A stretch of DNA of 64,000 nt from an uncultured Gammaproteobacteria bacterium. GTDB taxonomy: Bacteria; Patescibacteriota; Patescibacteriia; Patescibacteriales; UBA12465. The number at the start of each line of letters is the position of its first letter. Positions within the stretch are counted from its first letter, which is position 1. Both the position numbers and the translations under genes were made by a program. The stretch spans positions 289,839 through 353,838 of the forward strand of contig CAYPAP010000001.1 in assembly GCA_964408775.1 (NCBI GenBank), read 5' to 3'. The notes beneath the pieces were generated by a model. The model ran no database searches. It was not told where the DNA came from and saw only the letters and a list, made by a program, of their open reading frames with translations. Shown piece after piece: positions 35,981 through 45,034 of the stretch.

Positions 35981-37663
35981 TTATAAATAAGCTTCTTGAA
36001 TATATTGTTGTAACATTCTTTCAGTATTAAAAAAGGAGGCGTTTACCGAGATAGTATATCGCATAGTTTCGCGCCAATTTTGTGGCATATTATAATATCT
36101 TGGGATTATCTTCTTTTCTAATTTATCATATAGACTTTTGGCATCTTTTTGGTCTAAGTCTTTTAATTTAAAATCCGAACGACGCTCTCCAATGGCCCAA
36201 CCAGTTTTTCTGTTTACCAAGCCCTCTATCCACCAGCCATCTAGAGTGCTAAAATGAGGAATACCATTGTGGGCTGCCTTCATTCCACTAGTGCCCGATG
36301 CTTCATTAGGAGGTAGCGGCGTGTTAAGCCAAACATCCACCCCGGCAACCATTAGCTTGGCAATGTCCATTTCATAGCCCTCTAAAAATACTATTTTTAT
36401 TTCTTTCTTATATTTTTTTGCTATATCATTAATACTTTTTATCATCTCCTTCCCATTTTCATCGTCGGGGTGAGCCTTTCCAGCATACACAATTTGAATT
36501 TTTCCAACATTCTTATGAATTTTTAAAAGTCTGTTAATATCATAGAATAATAAGTTTGATCTTTTATATCCAGTAAATCTTCGAGCAAAGCCAATAGTAA
36601 AAATATTTAAGTCTAATTTTATTTTTTGTTTTTTATAAATATAGTCTATCAATTTTTTCTTGGATTTTTGATGAGTTTGCCAAATAACAGTTAAAGGAAT
36701 ATTAAAAGCATTTCTTAATGACAAACTAGAGTTTCTCCAATTAGGAATATATTTATCATAAATTTTCTTAAACTCGTCTGATGTCCAGGTTTGAGAGTGG
36801 ACTCCGTTAGTAATAGAGTGAATTGGATAATCAGGGAACATCTTCGATGAAACATCCCTATGACTAAGTGCCACTCCATTAACATACTCACTAAAAAGAA
36901 GTGCAACCCTAGTCATATTAATTTCTCCCCTGCTTACCAAACCTGGCAACTTAAAAGGGAAGTCTTGCTGATATTTTTTCATAAATTCTGCTGGAAAAAC
37001 ATCATGTCCGGCCTGTATAGGGGTGTGGGTAGTAAAAACGCACTTTGATCGGACCTCTTTTATTTTTTCCCTATTACTCCTTTTTTTAGATTCATGAAAG
37101 AGCTGGATCGTAGCTAGAGCCCCATGGCCCTCATTAATATGAAACTTTTTAATATTTTTATACCCCAAAGACTTGATCATTTTAACCCCCGCCCTACCTA
37201 AAATAATCTCCTGCATCAAACGATAGTCCTTGTCTGACCTGTATAATTGACCTGTTAAATTGCTAAACTTAGATTTATTCCCAGGAATTTTGGTATCTAA
37301 AAGATATACGGGGACGAAAAAGCCGTTTTTGGCATCTATTAAATATTGCCACACACCCACCCGAACAACATCCTTGCCAATCTTTATTTTTACTCTATTT
37401 TTTAATTTTTTTAATTTAGAAAAATTATAATTAGAAAGCCTCTCTTCTTGCTCCCCCTTTTTATTAATTTTTTGTTTAAAATACCCCTGATCATTTAAAA
37501 GAGTTATTCCTATCATTGGGAGCCTTAGGTCAGCGGCTGATTTTAAAGTGTCCCCCGCTAAAACACCTAGCCCCCCTGAATAAGTTTTGATATCACTCTC
37601 CAAGGCTATCTCCATGCTGAGATAAGCTATATTAAAGCTTTCTTTTTTTTCTAATTTTGTCAT
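35981..37663 (-). CDS. alpha-glucan (glycogen/maltodextrin) phosphorylase family protein
   Basis: YSGGLGVLAGD N-terminal motif and the PLP-site region EASGTSGMKAA. Confidence 0.85.
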   Translation of the reverse strand: MTKLEKKESFNIAYLSMEIALESDIKTYSGGLGVLAGDTLKSAADLRLPMIGITLLNDQGYFKQKINKKGEQEERLSNYNFSKLKKLKNRVKIKIGKDVVRVGVWQYLIDAKNGFFVPVYLLDTKIPGNKSKFSNLTGQLYRSDKDYRLMQEIILGRAGVKMIKSLGYKNIKKFHINEGHGALATIQLFHESKKRSNREKIKEVRSKCVFTTHTPIQAGHDVFPAEFMKKYQQDFPFKLPGLVSRGEINMTRVALLFSEYVNGVALSHRDVSSKMFPDYPIHSITNGVHSQTWTSDEFKKIYDKYIPNWRNSSLSLRNAFNIPLTVIWQTHQKSKKKLIDYIYKKQKIKLDLNIFTIGFARRFTGYKRSNLLFYDINRLLKIHKNVGKIQIVYAGKAHPDDENGKEMIKSINDIAKKYKKEIKIVFLEGYEMDIAKLMVAGVDVWLNTPLPPNEASGTSGMKAAHNGIPHFSTLDGWWIEGLVNRKTGWAIGERRSDFKLKDLDQKDAKSLYDKLEKKIIPRYYNMPQNWRETMRYTISVNASFFNTERMLQQYIQEAYL

Positions 37664-37749
37664 AAAATAAAATAATAAAAGTAACTTAAATAAATCTATT
37701 AGATTTTAACATAATTTTATTATTTTTAAAAATTTGCTATAATACAAGC

Positions 37750-38325
37750 ATGATGAGTCGATCTATAAAAAAAACCATTCACAAAGACGAAGAAGTAAAA
37801 AAATACTTCTCAATTTGTAACAGATATATAAAACTGAAAATAATCACTTTATTGTTAAAATGGTTCTTTGTTTTTTTGATTGCTTGCGCAATAATTTACT
37901 TGTTATTTCTTTTTTCGCCAGCAAATAGCTCCCTGAGCGAAGAATTTTCAATAGACGCTATTGTTTTAACTGTTGTTTTATTCTTTTTTTTAGTGGTAAC
38001 CCCCTTTATAATATTTTTTAACAGCTTTTATATAAAAATATCTAATGAGTTTGTTTTTACTGACAAAAGAATAATTGTTAAAAGAGGCTGGATAGAAACA
38101 AAGGTTAAAACAATTTATTATGATAGAATAACAGACATTAGTGTTGGTCAGTCCTTTTTGGATAGAATAATAAAAACAGGGACTCTTTCTATTAGCACAG
38201 CTGGAAGTGATGGATATGAGGCTGTTATCAGTCATATTCGCAAGCCCTATGAGGTAAAAAATGTTTTATACGAAGTCAGAAACAAGCACCGAGAAAATTT
38301 TTATAGTCACACAAATAATTATTAA
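37750..38325 (+). CDS. membrane-flanked bacterial PH domain (bPH_2/YdbS-like) protein
   Basis: Two TM helices followed by FVFTDKRIIVKRGWI...YDRITDISVGQSFLDRIIKTGTL. Confidence 0.7.
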   Translation: MMSRSIKKTIHKDEEVKKYFSICNRYIKLKIITLLLKWFFVFLIACAIIYLLFLFSPANSSLSEEFSIDAIVLTVVLFFFLVVTPFIIFFNSFYIKISNEFVFTDKRIIVKRGWIETKVKTIYYDRITDISVGQSFLDRIIKTGTLSISTAGSDGYEAVISHIRKPYEVKNVLYEVRNKHRENFYSHTNNY

Positions 38326-38388
38326 ACTTAAATATTACTAATAATTTACTCACCAATAAATATTTTATTTTTTGGGAGAAAAAAACTT

Positions 38389-39198
38389 ATGCCTAAATTT
38401 GAAGAGATCTACAATGGCCCGTCTAAGGAATCCTTGGAAAAACCCTTTCTTCAAGAGGACCTAGAAATAATGGGTTATTCTTTCGACTCCGAAGGAGAGG
38501 TTATCCTAAACGAAAAAGGAGAGCCAATTTTAGAAGAAACTAAGAAATATTTTGACCCAATCAACAAAAAAGATTATCCTCAGAGAGAAATACCAAGATA
38601 TAAAACCAAAAAGAGCGAAAATATGGCCGAGACACTAGAGGAAGAAGAATCCTTAAAAGAATTTGAAGAAATTAACATTGTGGAAGAAATAAAATCTAAA
38701 ATAAAAGAAGAGTTAGACGAAGAATTTAAGAGGGAGGTAAATAAAAGGCCAGAATTTTCTAAAGAAGAAGAGGTTTTTATGGAGGCCTTTTTTAACAAGT
38801 GGTTTAAAAGGCACCTTTCAAAAGAAAAGTTTTTAACAGGAGAAAGGGAGCTAGAAATGATCTCAGAATTTAAGGAGGCCCTGCCAGTAAAATACGCTCA
38901 AATAGTTAACAGAAGGGTTTTGCCTGAAAAAATAGAGTGGACAAAAGAGCCCTTTAGAGACAAGCAAGGGAAATTGAAAGAGGGTATTGTCAGCTACTAC
39001 CCTAATAAAAATAATTCTGTTATAAAATATGTTTTAAAAACCGAAGGAAAACCACAGATCTCGGATTCAAAGAAATTTTTTGCCGCTCATTTTATAGCTG
39101 ATAAAAAAAATCGTGTTGTTATTTTCTGTGAAGAGCTTAAAAAAAGACCATCTAATGCTAAAATGGGCTTTAGAAGAAAATTCGAAACTAGTAAATAA
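38389..39198 (+). CDS. hypothetical acidic protein
   Basis: 269-aa ORF. No family recognised. Confidence 0.5.
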   Translation: MPKFEEIYNGPSKESLEKPFLQEDLEIMGYSFDSEGEVILNEKGEPILEETKKYFDPINKKDYPQREIPRYKTKKSENMAETLEEEESLKEFEEINIVEEIKSKIKEELDEEFKREVNKRPEFSKEEEVFMEAFFNKWFKRHLSKEKFLTGERELEMISEFKEALPVKYAQIVNRRVLPEKIEWTKEPFRDKQGKLKEGIVSYYPNKNNSVIKYVLKTEGKPQISDSKKFFAAHFIADKKNRVVIFCEELKKRPSNAKMGFRRKFETSK

Positions 39199-39218
39199 TC
39201 CTCCTTCTCAGGGGGGTA

Positions 39219-39248
39219 TTGACACCATGGGGGGGCTTAGTGTATAAT
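39219..39248 (+). promoter_or_regulatory. sigma70-type promoter
   Basis: TTGACA, 18-nt spacer, TATAAT. Confidence 0.6.
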
Positions 39249-39283
39249 ATAATTATTCTTATTTAATAATTAATCATAAAACT

Positions 39284-39490
39284 ATGAAAAAATTAAATGT
39301 GTTAGAAATTGTTTCTTTGATTCTAATAATTGTAGGTGGTTTAAATTGGGGCTTGGTTGGAGTTTTTAGCTTTGATTTAGTCGCTACAATTTTTGGAGAA
39401 ATGTCAGTTATTTCTAGAGTTGTTTACACCCTTGTTGGGTTATCAGCTGTTTATTGGCTAACAATGTTAGGAAGAGTTTCTAAAAAATAA
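39284..39490 (+). CDS. DUF378 family small membrane protein
   Basis: IVGGLNWGLVGVF.FDLVA..FG pattern. 68 aa. Terminator at 39515-39540. Confidence 0.8.
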   Translation: MKKLNVLEIVSLILIIVGGLNWGLVGVFSFDLVATIFGEMSVISRVVYTLVGLSAVYWLTMLGRVSKK

Positions 39491-39588
39491 AGCTTTCAAT
39501 AAAAAACTATAAAAAGCGGGCAATGTTGCTCGCTTTTTTTGGTAATAAAATAAAAAATCCCGCTTCTTTTTTGATGCGGGATTCATTT

Positions 39589-39978
39589 TTATACTACAAT
39601 AGATGAGATAATTATTATCAATAATAAAAAATAATATATTATTGAGAGTTTTTTGTAGTTCTTTTTGTTCCAGGTAAAACCCGAAACCATTATAAGCACT
39701 GAAACAATCAGGGCTATAAGTGTGAGCAGGCTGTAAAACAGACTTAACAGAATAAACTGAGAAGCCATAATAGCAGTTGCAAAAACCAAGACAACTGCCA
39801 TAAAGAAGGAAATATTTTTTGTTTTTTTCTTGAGCGTCAAATTTGACGCCATGAGCAGAGCGGCCAAAATGAAGGAGCTCAACACTGGGTTGAGTGGGGC
39901 ACCCTGGCCGCCCATAAGAGGATGGGCACTACAAATCGTGGCCCAAAAAATAAACAAGAAAAACATCAGTTTTTTCAT
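39589..39978 (-). CDS. hypothetical membrane protein (cassette 5), GC-enriched 5' half
   Basis: 129 aa. Signal-like N-terminus MKKLMFFLFIFWATICSA plus TM helices. Terminator AATCCCGC/GCGGGATT at 39556-39583. Confidence 0.5.
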   Translation of the reverse strand: MKKLMFFLFIFWATICSAHPLMGGQGAPLNPVLSSFILAALLMASNLTLKKKTKNISFFMAVVLVFATAIMASQFILLSLFYSLLTLIALIVSVLIMVSGFTWNKKNYKKLSIIYYFLLLIIIISSIVV

Positions 39979-40140
39979 TTTTTTGGTTTTTGGTTAGACA
40001 ATGGGGTTAACTATACTTGTTTTTTGTTAAAGGCCTCTTGATAATAAAACATCGTATCATATAAAATATTGCTTGTAAAGAGTATTGAATAAAAAATCCC
40101 GCTACATTTGTAGAGCGGGATTGTAGACTTTTTATTATTA

Positions 40141-40683
40141 TTATTTACGTACAGCGAGGAAGTAAGAATCAGGGGCTCGAATAGCATCGAACCACTGAAA
40201 ATAAAGTTGACGCTCCTCACAATTAATAGAGAGAACTGGGCAATACGCCTCAGCATATCCTTCTTCATTATGGGACCACCAACACCACATGGAGCCCAGC
40301 GCAATAATAAAAGAAGGTTTTTGTAGCTCCGGATAGTTGTTTCCCAAGGCCAGAAGCTCTGACACAAGAGCAGGGCGATAACCGGCACTATCCAATTCAT
40401 CTAAAACAACTTCACTGCTGACCTCTCGGTTAAAGTGAAACAACCTGGCCGATACAGTCACTTGCTTGCCTAAGAGCTCAGCGGGAAAAGGAAACTTTTC
40501 TTCTGTGATATCAAAACTGATCCACTCGTAATTACTAGTTTTAATCATTTCTTCCAGGTTTTGGCTGTAGTCCACTGTCAAAATGATTTCCCTGCTTAGG
40601 CTGATGACTCGTTCTTGAGCCATAATTTGATTTAAGGGGTTGCATAAAACAAATAAAATCAAAGTGAATACCAATTTTTTCAT
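40141..40683 (-). CDS. hypothetical secreted protein (cassette 4), GC-enriched
   Basis: 180 aa. Signal peptide MKKLVFTLILFVLCNPLNQIMAQ. Terminator ATCCCGCT/AGCGGGAT at 40096-40121. No family recognised. Confidence 0.55.
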   Translation of the reverse strand: MKKLVFTLILFVLCNPLNQIMAQERVISLSREIILTVDYSQNLEEMIKTSNYEWISFDITEEKFPFPAELLGKQVTVSARLFHFNREVSSEVVLDELDSAGYRPALVSELLALGNNYPELQKPSFIIALGSMWCWWSHNEEGYAEAYCPVLSINCEERQLYFQWFDAIRAPDSYFLAVRK

Positions 40684-40798
40684 TTTACCTTGGTTTTTGG
40701 TTAAGTAATTGGGTTAATTATCAAGCCTACTAATTATAATAGAATTAATAATTAACCTAATTTTAACCTTCTTGTGAAAGTGCTATCTGTAACAAAAA

Positions 40799-40827
40799 AG
40801 AATATCACATAGATATATTTTTGTCAA
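40799..40827 (-). promoter_or_regulatory. promoter of cassette 4
   Basis: Minus-strand TTGACA (40827-40822), 17-nt spacer, TATTCT. Homologous to the promoter at 42490-42518. Confidence 0.5.
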
Positions 40828-40831
40828 GCTA

Positions 40832-40840
40832 GGTGGCTAG
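40832..40840. repeat. tRNA-His 3'-end core copy (GGTGGCTAG)
   Basis: Identical to 42522-42530 of the tRNA-His gene. Followed on the plus strand by TGTGGAAAGTTGGAAAACTTTTCTGA. Confidence 0.6.
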
Positions 40841-40940
40841 TGTGGAAAGTTGGAAAACTTTTCTGATGGAATATTTGGTAAATTGATATAAAAAAGACCC
40901 GCGATGTTATTGCGGGTCTAAACGTTTGAATTATTGCCTC

Positions 40941-41264
40941 TCATTCTTCCAGATACACAAATCTAGGATCAAGCACTTTTTTATCATGCTTTTTCGTTTC
41001 TACATAACTAATACGAATACTATTCTCTGGATAAGCTAATCTCAAATAAGAAATTCGTAAAACGAGGTTTCTATTTTGAACAAACAGAGTATCGCGCTCA
41101 TTAGTAATAACAACAATTGATTTCATGTGAGCGGCTCCACTAGGTCCCAGAAATACTAATTCTTGATCAGCAGGGATTATAATATCCCTCCAATTAGAAT
41201 CATTACCGCAAGAGTTAAACAATACAAACAAAAATGATAGCAAAATAACTGAAAATGTTTTCAT
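40941..41264 (-). CDS. hypothetical lipoprotein-like protein (cassette 3)
   Basis: 107 aa. Signal peptide with Cys (LFVLFNSCGN). Promoter TTGACA-17-TATACT at 41340-41312. Terminator at 40895-40919. Confidence 0.5.
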   Translation of the reverse strand: MKTFSVILLSFLFVLFNSCGNDSNWRDIIIPADQELVFLGPSGAAHMKSIVVITNERDTLFVQNRNLVLRISYLRLAYPENSIRISYVETKKHDKKVLDPRFVYLEE

Positions 41265-41423
41265 GATATTTATTTTTTTGGTGAATATCTTAATGAACTA
41301 TATAACACGATAGTATATAATATTTAAATAATTTTGTCAAGCAGTTTGTCTTCCCGCTAGGGGTAACCGATTTTTAACAAAAAAATACCCCATTTTATTG
41401 GGATATTTTTAATTTGCTTCTAG

Positions 41424-41433
41424 GGGTGGCTAG
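41424..41433. repeat. tRNA-His 3'-end core copy (GGGTGGCTAG, 10/10)
   Basis: Identical to 42521-42530. Confidence 0.6.
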
Positions 41434-41434
41434 C

Positions 41435-41482
41435 AGGGAGGCTTGGAAAACTTTTCTGAGGGAGGCTTGGAAAACTTTTCTG
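41435..41482. repeat. 24-bp perfect tandem duplication AGGGAGGCTTGGAAAACTTTTCTG x2
   Basis: Read directly from the sequence. The same GGAAAACTTTTCTGA motif sits next to the core at 40832. Confidence 0.85.
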
Positions 41483-41552
41483 GTTGATTATTGGGTGAAA
41501 TAAAAAACCGCACTTGTTCAAGCGCGGTATTAAATGTTAAAATAGAAGATTT

Positions 41553-41780
41553 TCAATATAAACCTCTTACTAAATATCTTCTGAAATAAAAAGGCCATAA
41601 AATAACGCCTTTAAGCCTTTTTTTTAAGCTCCGTAGAGGATACTTGTCATATAGCTTATTTTTAGCCTTTACCTCTTCAACTCTTGCCATAAAATACATA
41701 ATTTCAACCGCAAGAGAGGAAAGAAATCCAACTCCCAAATAAATAATTGTGAACGTTAAAATAATTAAAGTTTCCATCAT
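41553..41780 (-). CDS. hypothetical small membrane protein (cassette 2)
   Basis: Start moved to ATGATG at 41780, directly after a strong SD (AAGGAGGAGGTGA). 75 aa with one TM helix. Terminator at 41507-41528. Confidence 0.5.
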   Translation of the reverse strand: MMETLIILTFTIIYLGVGFLSSLAVEIMYFMARVEEVKAKNKLYDKYPLRSLKKRLKGVILWPFYFRRYLVRGLY

Positions 41781-42082
41781 TTCACCTCCTCCTTTTTTAA
41801 TTATTAAATTGTTAATGTGATTTAATAAATTAACATAGATTATTTTAAAAATCAATAGCTTCTAAGTCAGCGCTTTTGTTTGTTAGTTTTAGGTATACAA
41901 AAAGACCTATTATATTAGTTTTAAATAGGTCTCCCCAGCAGGGTGGCTTATGTGAGGTATTTAGAACTTTTGATTGGTCGGAGATGATGATTGGTTTAAA
42001 TAAATTAAAGAAAGAGTCTAATATATTGAGTTTAGTGAAATAAAAAAACCGCACCTATTTGAGATACGGGGTTATTTTTTTC

Positions 42083-42370
42083 TTAATATTTTTGCCAAAG
42101 CGCTTCAATAAGAGATTTTTTAATTGTTTCGTAATCTCTTTCATCGTAACAATCTTTGTTGATAACTGCCCGGACAGATTCGCAAGAAGAGCCAGCCTCA
42201 TAGTCTCTTTCTGTGTAAGCGTCTATATCTTGTTCCACCTCTACAACAACGAAGTTAATATTTTTAACCTTTAGGTATTCGCCTTTTAAAGGTACGCGTT
42301 GAACATAAATTTGTTTTAAAAATCTTACATTATTAACCTCAAGACTGTACATTGCTGCAATTAAGTTCAT
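42083..42370 (-). CDS. hypothetical small cytoplasmic protein (cassette 1)
   Basis: 95 aa with a strong SD (AAAGGAGGAAT). Terminator with T-run at about 42049-42069. Confidence 0.5.
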   Translation of the reverse strand: MNLIAAMYSLEVNNVRFLKQIYVQRVPLKGEYLKVKNINFVVVEVEQDIDAYTERDYEAGSSCESVRAVINKDCYDERDYETIKKSLIEALWQKY

Positions 42371-42489
42371 TTTTATTCCTCCTTTTTTAAAATTAAAAAA
42401 TTAGATTAATTATTAAACCTACTAATATAATAAACTTAATAATTAACCCAATCTTAACCTATTTGTAAAAGGGCTACTTGTAACAAAAA

Positions 42490-42518
42490 ATCATATCACA
42501 TAGATATACTTTTGTCAA
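42490..42518 (-). promoter_or_regulatory. promoter starting 2 nt after the tRNA-His 3' end
   Basis: Minus-strand TTGACA (42518-42513), 17-nt spacer, TATGAT (42495-42490). Confidence 0.6.
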
Positions 42519-42519
42519 G

Positions 42520-42594
42520 TGGGTGGCTAGAGGGAATCGAACCCTCACTTCCGGGACCACAACCCGGTGTTCTAGCCGCTAAACTATAGCCACC
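42520..42594 (-). tRNA. tRNA-His (anticodon GTG) with encoded G-1
   Basis: Manual fold: G-1 + GTGGCTA/TAGCCAC acceptor, anticodon stem CCGGG/CCCGG with loop TTGTGGT, T-arm GAGGG-TTCGATT-CCCTC, discriminator C. Confidence 0.85.
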
Positions 42595-42609
42595 ATAAAC
42601 CGAAACAAA

Positions 42610-43143
42610 TTAAATTCGGTAAAAATATATATTATCTCGCCCCTCCTTAATAACCCTTTCCGGGTCAAGCCCCGCGATACTAAATCTATAACTAACAACC
42701 AATGTTCCTGGGCGACACTCTTTTTTAAACTTTTCTTTTAACCTTTTCATGGTCTCTGGGATTAAGAAACAATAAATAACGTCCGCCTCCTTTAAACTAA
42801 TCTTAAAAATATTTTTTCTAATCATTTGAATCTTACTACCCGTTATTACAATTTGCATTTTAGCCAAAACATAGGGCCACCAAGAATATTCCACTCCAAC
42901 CAATTTTTCATTTTTAAATTTTTGTTCTACTGCCCTTAAAAAACCGGCCTTACCCGCCCCTAATTCATAAACAGTCTCTTTTCCACTTAAATTTAATTCT
43001 TTTAAAATCGCCAAAATAGCGCTAAATTTAGTAGAAATAAAAGGAGCAAATCCTCTAAAAACAACATTATACATTTGAGTGGTAACGAATATTAGTGCCA
43101 AAGACAAAACCACTAAAATAACTATTAATAAAAAGGCCTCCAT
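42610..43143 (-). CDS. membrane-anchored putative SAM-dependent methyltransferase
   Basis: N-terminal TM helix and a glycine-rich loop (VYELGAGKAGFL). Confidence 0.5.
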   Translation of the reverse strand: MEAFLLIVILVVLSLALIFVTTQMYNVVFRGFAPFISTKFSAILAILKELNLSGKETVYELGAGKAGFLRAVEQKFKNEKLVGVEYSWWPYVLAKMQIVITGSKIQMIRKNIFKISLKEADVIYCFLIPETMKRLKEKFKKECRPGTLVVSYRFSIAGLDPERVIKEGRDNIYFYRI

Positions 43144-43176
43144 ATTTTTAAAATTAATTATAACAAAAGATATAAT

Positions 43177-43206
43177 CCTAAATATCTTAATAATCCTAAT
43201 AATCCT
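43177..43206. repeat. tandem 9-mer repeats (CCTAAATAT, CTTAATAAT, CCTAATAAT, CCT...) in the 3' trailer of tRNA-Arg
   Basis: 23 nt are identical to 10234-10256. Confidence 0.7.
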
Positions 43207-43212
43207 TTTTTG

Positions 43213-43284
43213 TGTCCCCGCTAGGAATCGAACCTAGATATTCAGCTTAGAAGGCTGATGTTCTATCCATTGAACTACAGGGAC
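43213..43284 (-). tRNA. tRNA-Arg (anticodon TCT)
   Basis: Manual fold: acceptor GTCCCTG/CGGGGAC, anticodon stem TCAGC/GCTGA with loop CTTCTAA, T-arm CTAGG-TTCGATT-CCTAG. Confidence 0.85.
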
Positions 43285-43424
43285 CTTATAAAAATAATTT
43301 AACAAACTAAGCACTAAAAGTCAATCTAAAAAATTAAACCAAGAATTTGTTTTTCCTTAAAATTGTTATATAATATAAACATACATCACATGTTATAAAA
43401 AAATATTTAAACAAAAAACCTATT

Positions 43425-43856
43425 ATGAAAATTTTATATAGCAAGAACGAATCGGAAACAAAAAAAACTGGAAAAAAACTCGGAGAAAAATGTATCGGAG
43501 GAGAGGTTTTTTGTTTAAGCGGAGATCTGGGATCTGGTAAAACTATTTTAAGCCAGGGAATCGCTCAGGGCTTAGGAATAAAAAAAAATATAAATAGCCC
43601 CACCTTTATAATCATCAATATCTACCAAATCAAAAAAAATATTAAAGAAATAAAGAAATTAATACACATGGATGCCTATCGATTAAAAAACACCAACGAA
43701 TTAGAAAACATTGGGTTTTTTGACTTCTTAAAAGAAAAAGAGAGTGTAATGATTATAGAGTGGGGAGAAAAGATTAAAAAATATTTACCCAAAAAACACA
43801 TTAAAATAAATATCAAGAGTAATAATCAAAATGAAAGAAAAATAACTATTAATTAG
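43425..43856 (+). CDS. tsaE: tRNA t6A37 biosynthesis ATPase TsaE
   Basis: GDLGSGKT P-loop, SPTF motif and H.D.YR. Confidence 0.8.
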   Translation: MKILYSKNESETKKTGKKLGEKCIGGEVFCLSGDLGSGKTILSQGIAQGLGIKKNINSPTFIIINIYQIKKNIKEIKKLIHMDAYRLKNTNELENIGFFDFLKEKESVMIIEWGEKIKKYLPKKHIKINIKSNNQNERKITIN

Positions 43857-44319
43857 ACTTTTTGTTTCTTTTAAAATTTAATAAAATCACAAAAAAACAA
43901 CCGACAACAATCATAACATCGGCTAGATTAAAAACCGACAAACCAAAAAACTCAATATAATCAACAACAAAAGAAAACCTTATCCTATCAATAAAATTAC
44001 TAACAGCACCCAAGAAGATAGCCAGCCAAAAAAAGATTTCTATTTTAATCTCCTTTTTTGCCAAATAAACAATATTCAGAAAAACTATTACTATTAAAAA
44101 AAATATTAATAAATTTAAAATTACTCCACTAAAAGGAATGGAAAAAGAAATAAACTTATTAGGGTAAAAAGTAAATTTTAAAACATCTTTTAATAGATAA
44201 AAATCTTCCTCTAGATTTATCGATAAAAATTTAAAATACCGGTCTAAAACAAAAAACATAGTTAAAAAAATTATAATAACTATGTTTTTTTTAGAAAAAA
44301 TTTTACTATTTTTAAGCAT
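43849..44319 (-). CDS. lspA: lipoprotein signal peptidase II
   Basis: Four TM helices. Motifs NFIDR and FNLADVMIVVG. Confidence 0.8.
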   Translation of the reverse strand: MLKNSKIFSKKNIVIIIFLTMFFVLDRYFKFLSINLEEDFYLLKDVLKFTFYPNKFISFSIPFSGVILNLLIFFLIVIVFLNIVYLAKKEIKIEIFFWLAIFLGAVSNFIDRIRFSFVVDYIEFFGLSVFNLADVMIVVGCFFVILLNFKRNKKSN

Positions 44320-44683
44320 CTCCTTCTTGTAATTTTGTTTTACAAGTAATACAGGAGTTGGCGGTTGGACGTGCCTCTAGCCTTTTTTCTCCAATTTCTC
44401 CACCACAGTATCGACAAACACCGTACTCACCGCTTTCTATTCTTTTTAGAGTCGCCTCAATCTCATTAATTGATTTCTCTAAAACCCTTTCGGCAACTAT
44501 TACAGTTGAATATTCGCTTATCTCTTGAGCATTTTCATCGGCTTTGTCTCCATATTCAGGGAAAGATGCTGTTCTGCTGTCGGTTTCATGCACATCTTTT
44601 TTTGATAACTCTTGAAGATCTTTAATTAAATCCTCTCTTTTTTTGATTAAATCATTTTTTATTTTTTCCACCCCCTTAGTCAT
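44312..44683 (-). CDS. DksA/TraR family C4-type zinc-finger protein
   Basis: CRYCGGEI...RLEARPTANSCITC zinc finger preceded by a coiled coil. Confidence 0.75.
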   Translation of the reverse strand: MTKGVEKIKNDLIKKREDLIKDLQELSKKDVHETDSRTASFPEYGDKADENAQEISEYSTVIVAERVLEKSINEIEATLKRIESGEYGVCRYCGGEIGEKRLEARPTANSCITCKTKLQEGDA

Positions 44684-44814
44684 ATCTTTAATATAAATAA
44701 TTAAAAAACAATTGATTGTCTATAGAATCAATTTATTGTACTATATTATATAACATCTTTTGACTTTTGACAATACTAAAAATATTTGTTATTATTTCCT
44801 TGTTTTTAAGTTTT

Positions 44815-44888
44815 GGAGCGGTAGTTCAGTTGGTTAGAACGCCTGCCTGTCACGCAGGAGGTCGCGGGTTCGAGTCCCGTCCGTTCCG
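44815..44888 (+). tRNA. tRNA-Asp (anticodon GTC)
   Basis: GGAGCGG acceptor, anticodon stem CCTGC/GCAGG with loop CTGTCAC, T-arm GCGGG-TTCGAGT-CCCGT. Confidence 0.85.
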
Positions 44889-44894
44889 CAAATT

Positions 44895-44967
44895 GCGGGT
44901 ATCGTATAATGGTTTATTATATCAGCCTTCCAAGCTGAGGATACGGGTTCGATTCCCGTTACCCGCT
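44895..44967 (+). tRNA. tRNA-Gly (anticodon TCC)
   Basis: GCGGGTA/TACCCGC acceptor, anticodon stem TCAGC/GCTGA with loop CTTCCAA, T-arm ACGGG-TTCGATT-CCCGT. Confidence 0.8.
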
Positions 44968-45034
44968 CCGACAAAAAAAGAGAAAGGTTGTGCCTTTTTC
45001 TTTTTTTATTATTTTAAAATAGTTTTTATAATAA

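Larger units (their letters stand above)
39550..42519 (-). mobile_element. putative array of five integrated gene cassettes 3' of tRNA-His (no recombinase seen)
   Basis: Five same-strand short ORFs, each with its own promoter and/or terminator. tRNA-His 3'-end cores recur at 40832, 41424 and 41941. A 128-bp promoter/leader repeat occurs at 40712-40840 and 42403-42530. Two cargo ORFs are GC-rich. Confidence 0.4.

Noticed and set aside
40011-40400. 129-aa minus-strand ORF overlapping gene 40141-40683 in another frame
   Set aside because: The alternative frame (40141-40683) has a signal peptide, a promoter/leader and a terminator. This frame crosses the terminator hairpin at 40096-40121.
41845-42274. 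ORFs 41845-42054 (minus strand) and 42059-42274 (plus strand)
   Set aside because: The first spans the inter-cassette spacer, the degenerate tRNA-His core and a terminator hairpin, and has no SD. The second is antisense to the SD-preceded ORF 42083-42370.
39550-42594. Prophage or classical genomic island with integrase at tRNA-His
   Set aside because: No integrase, transposase, phage structural or conjugation gene is recognisable here or elsewhere in the window. The region is therefore reported only as an att-like cassette array hypothesis.
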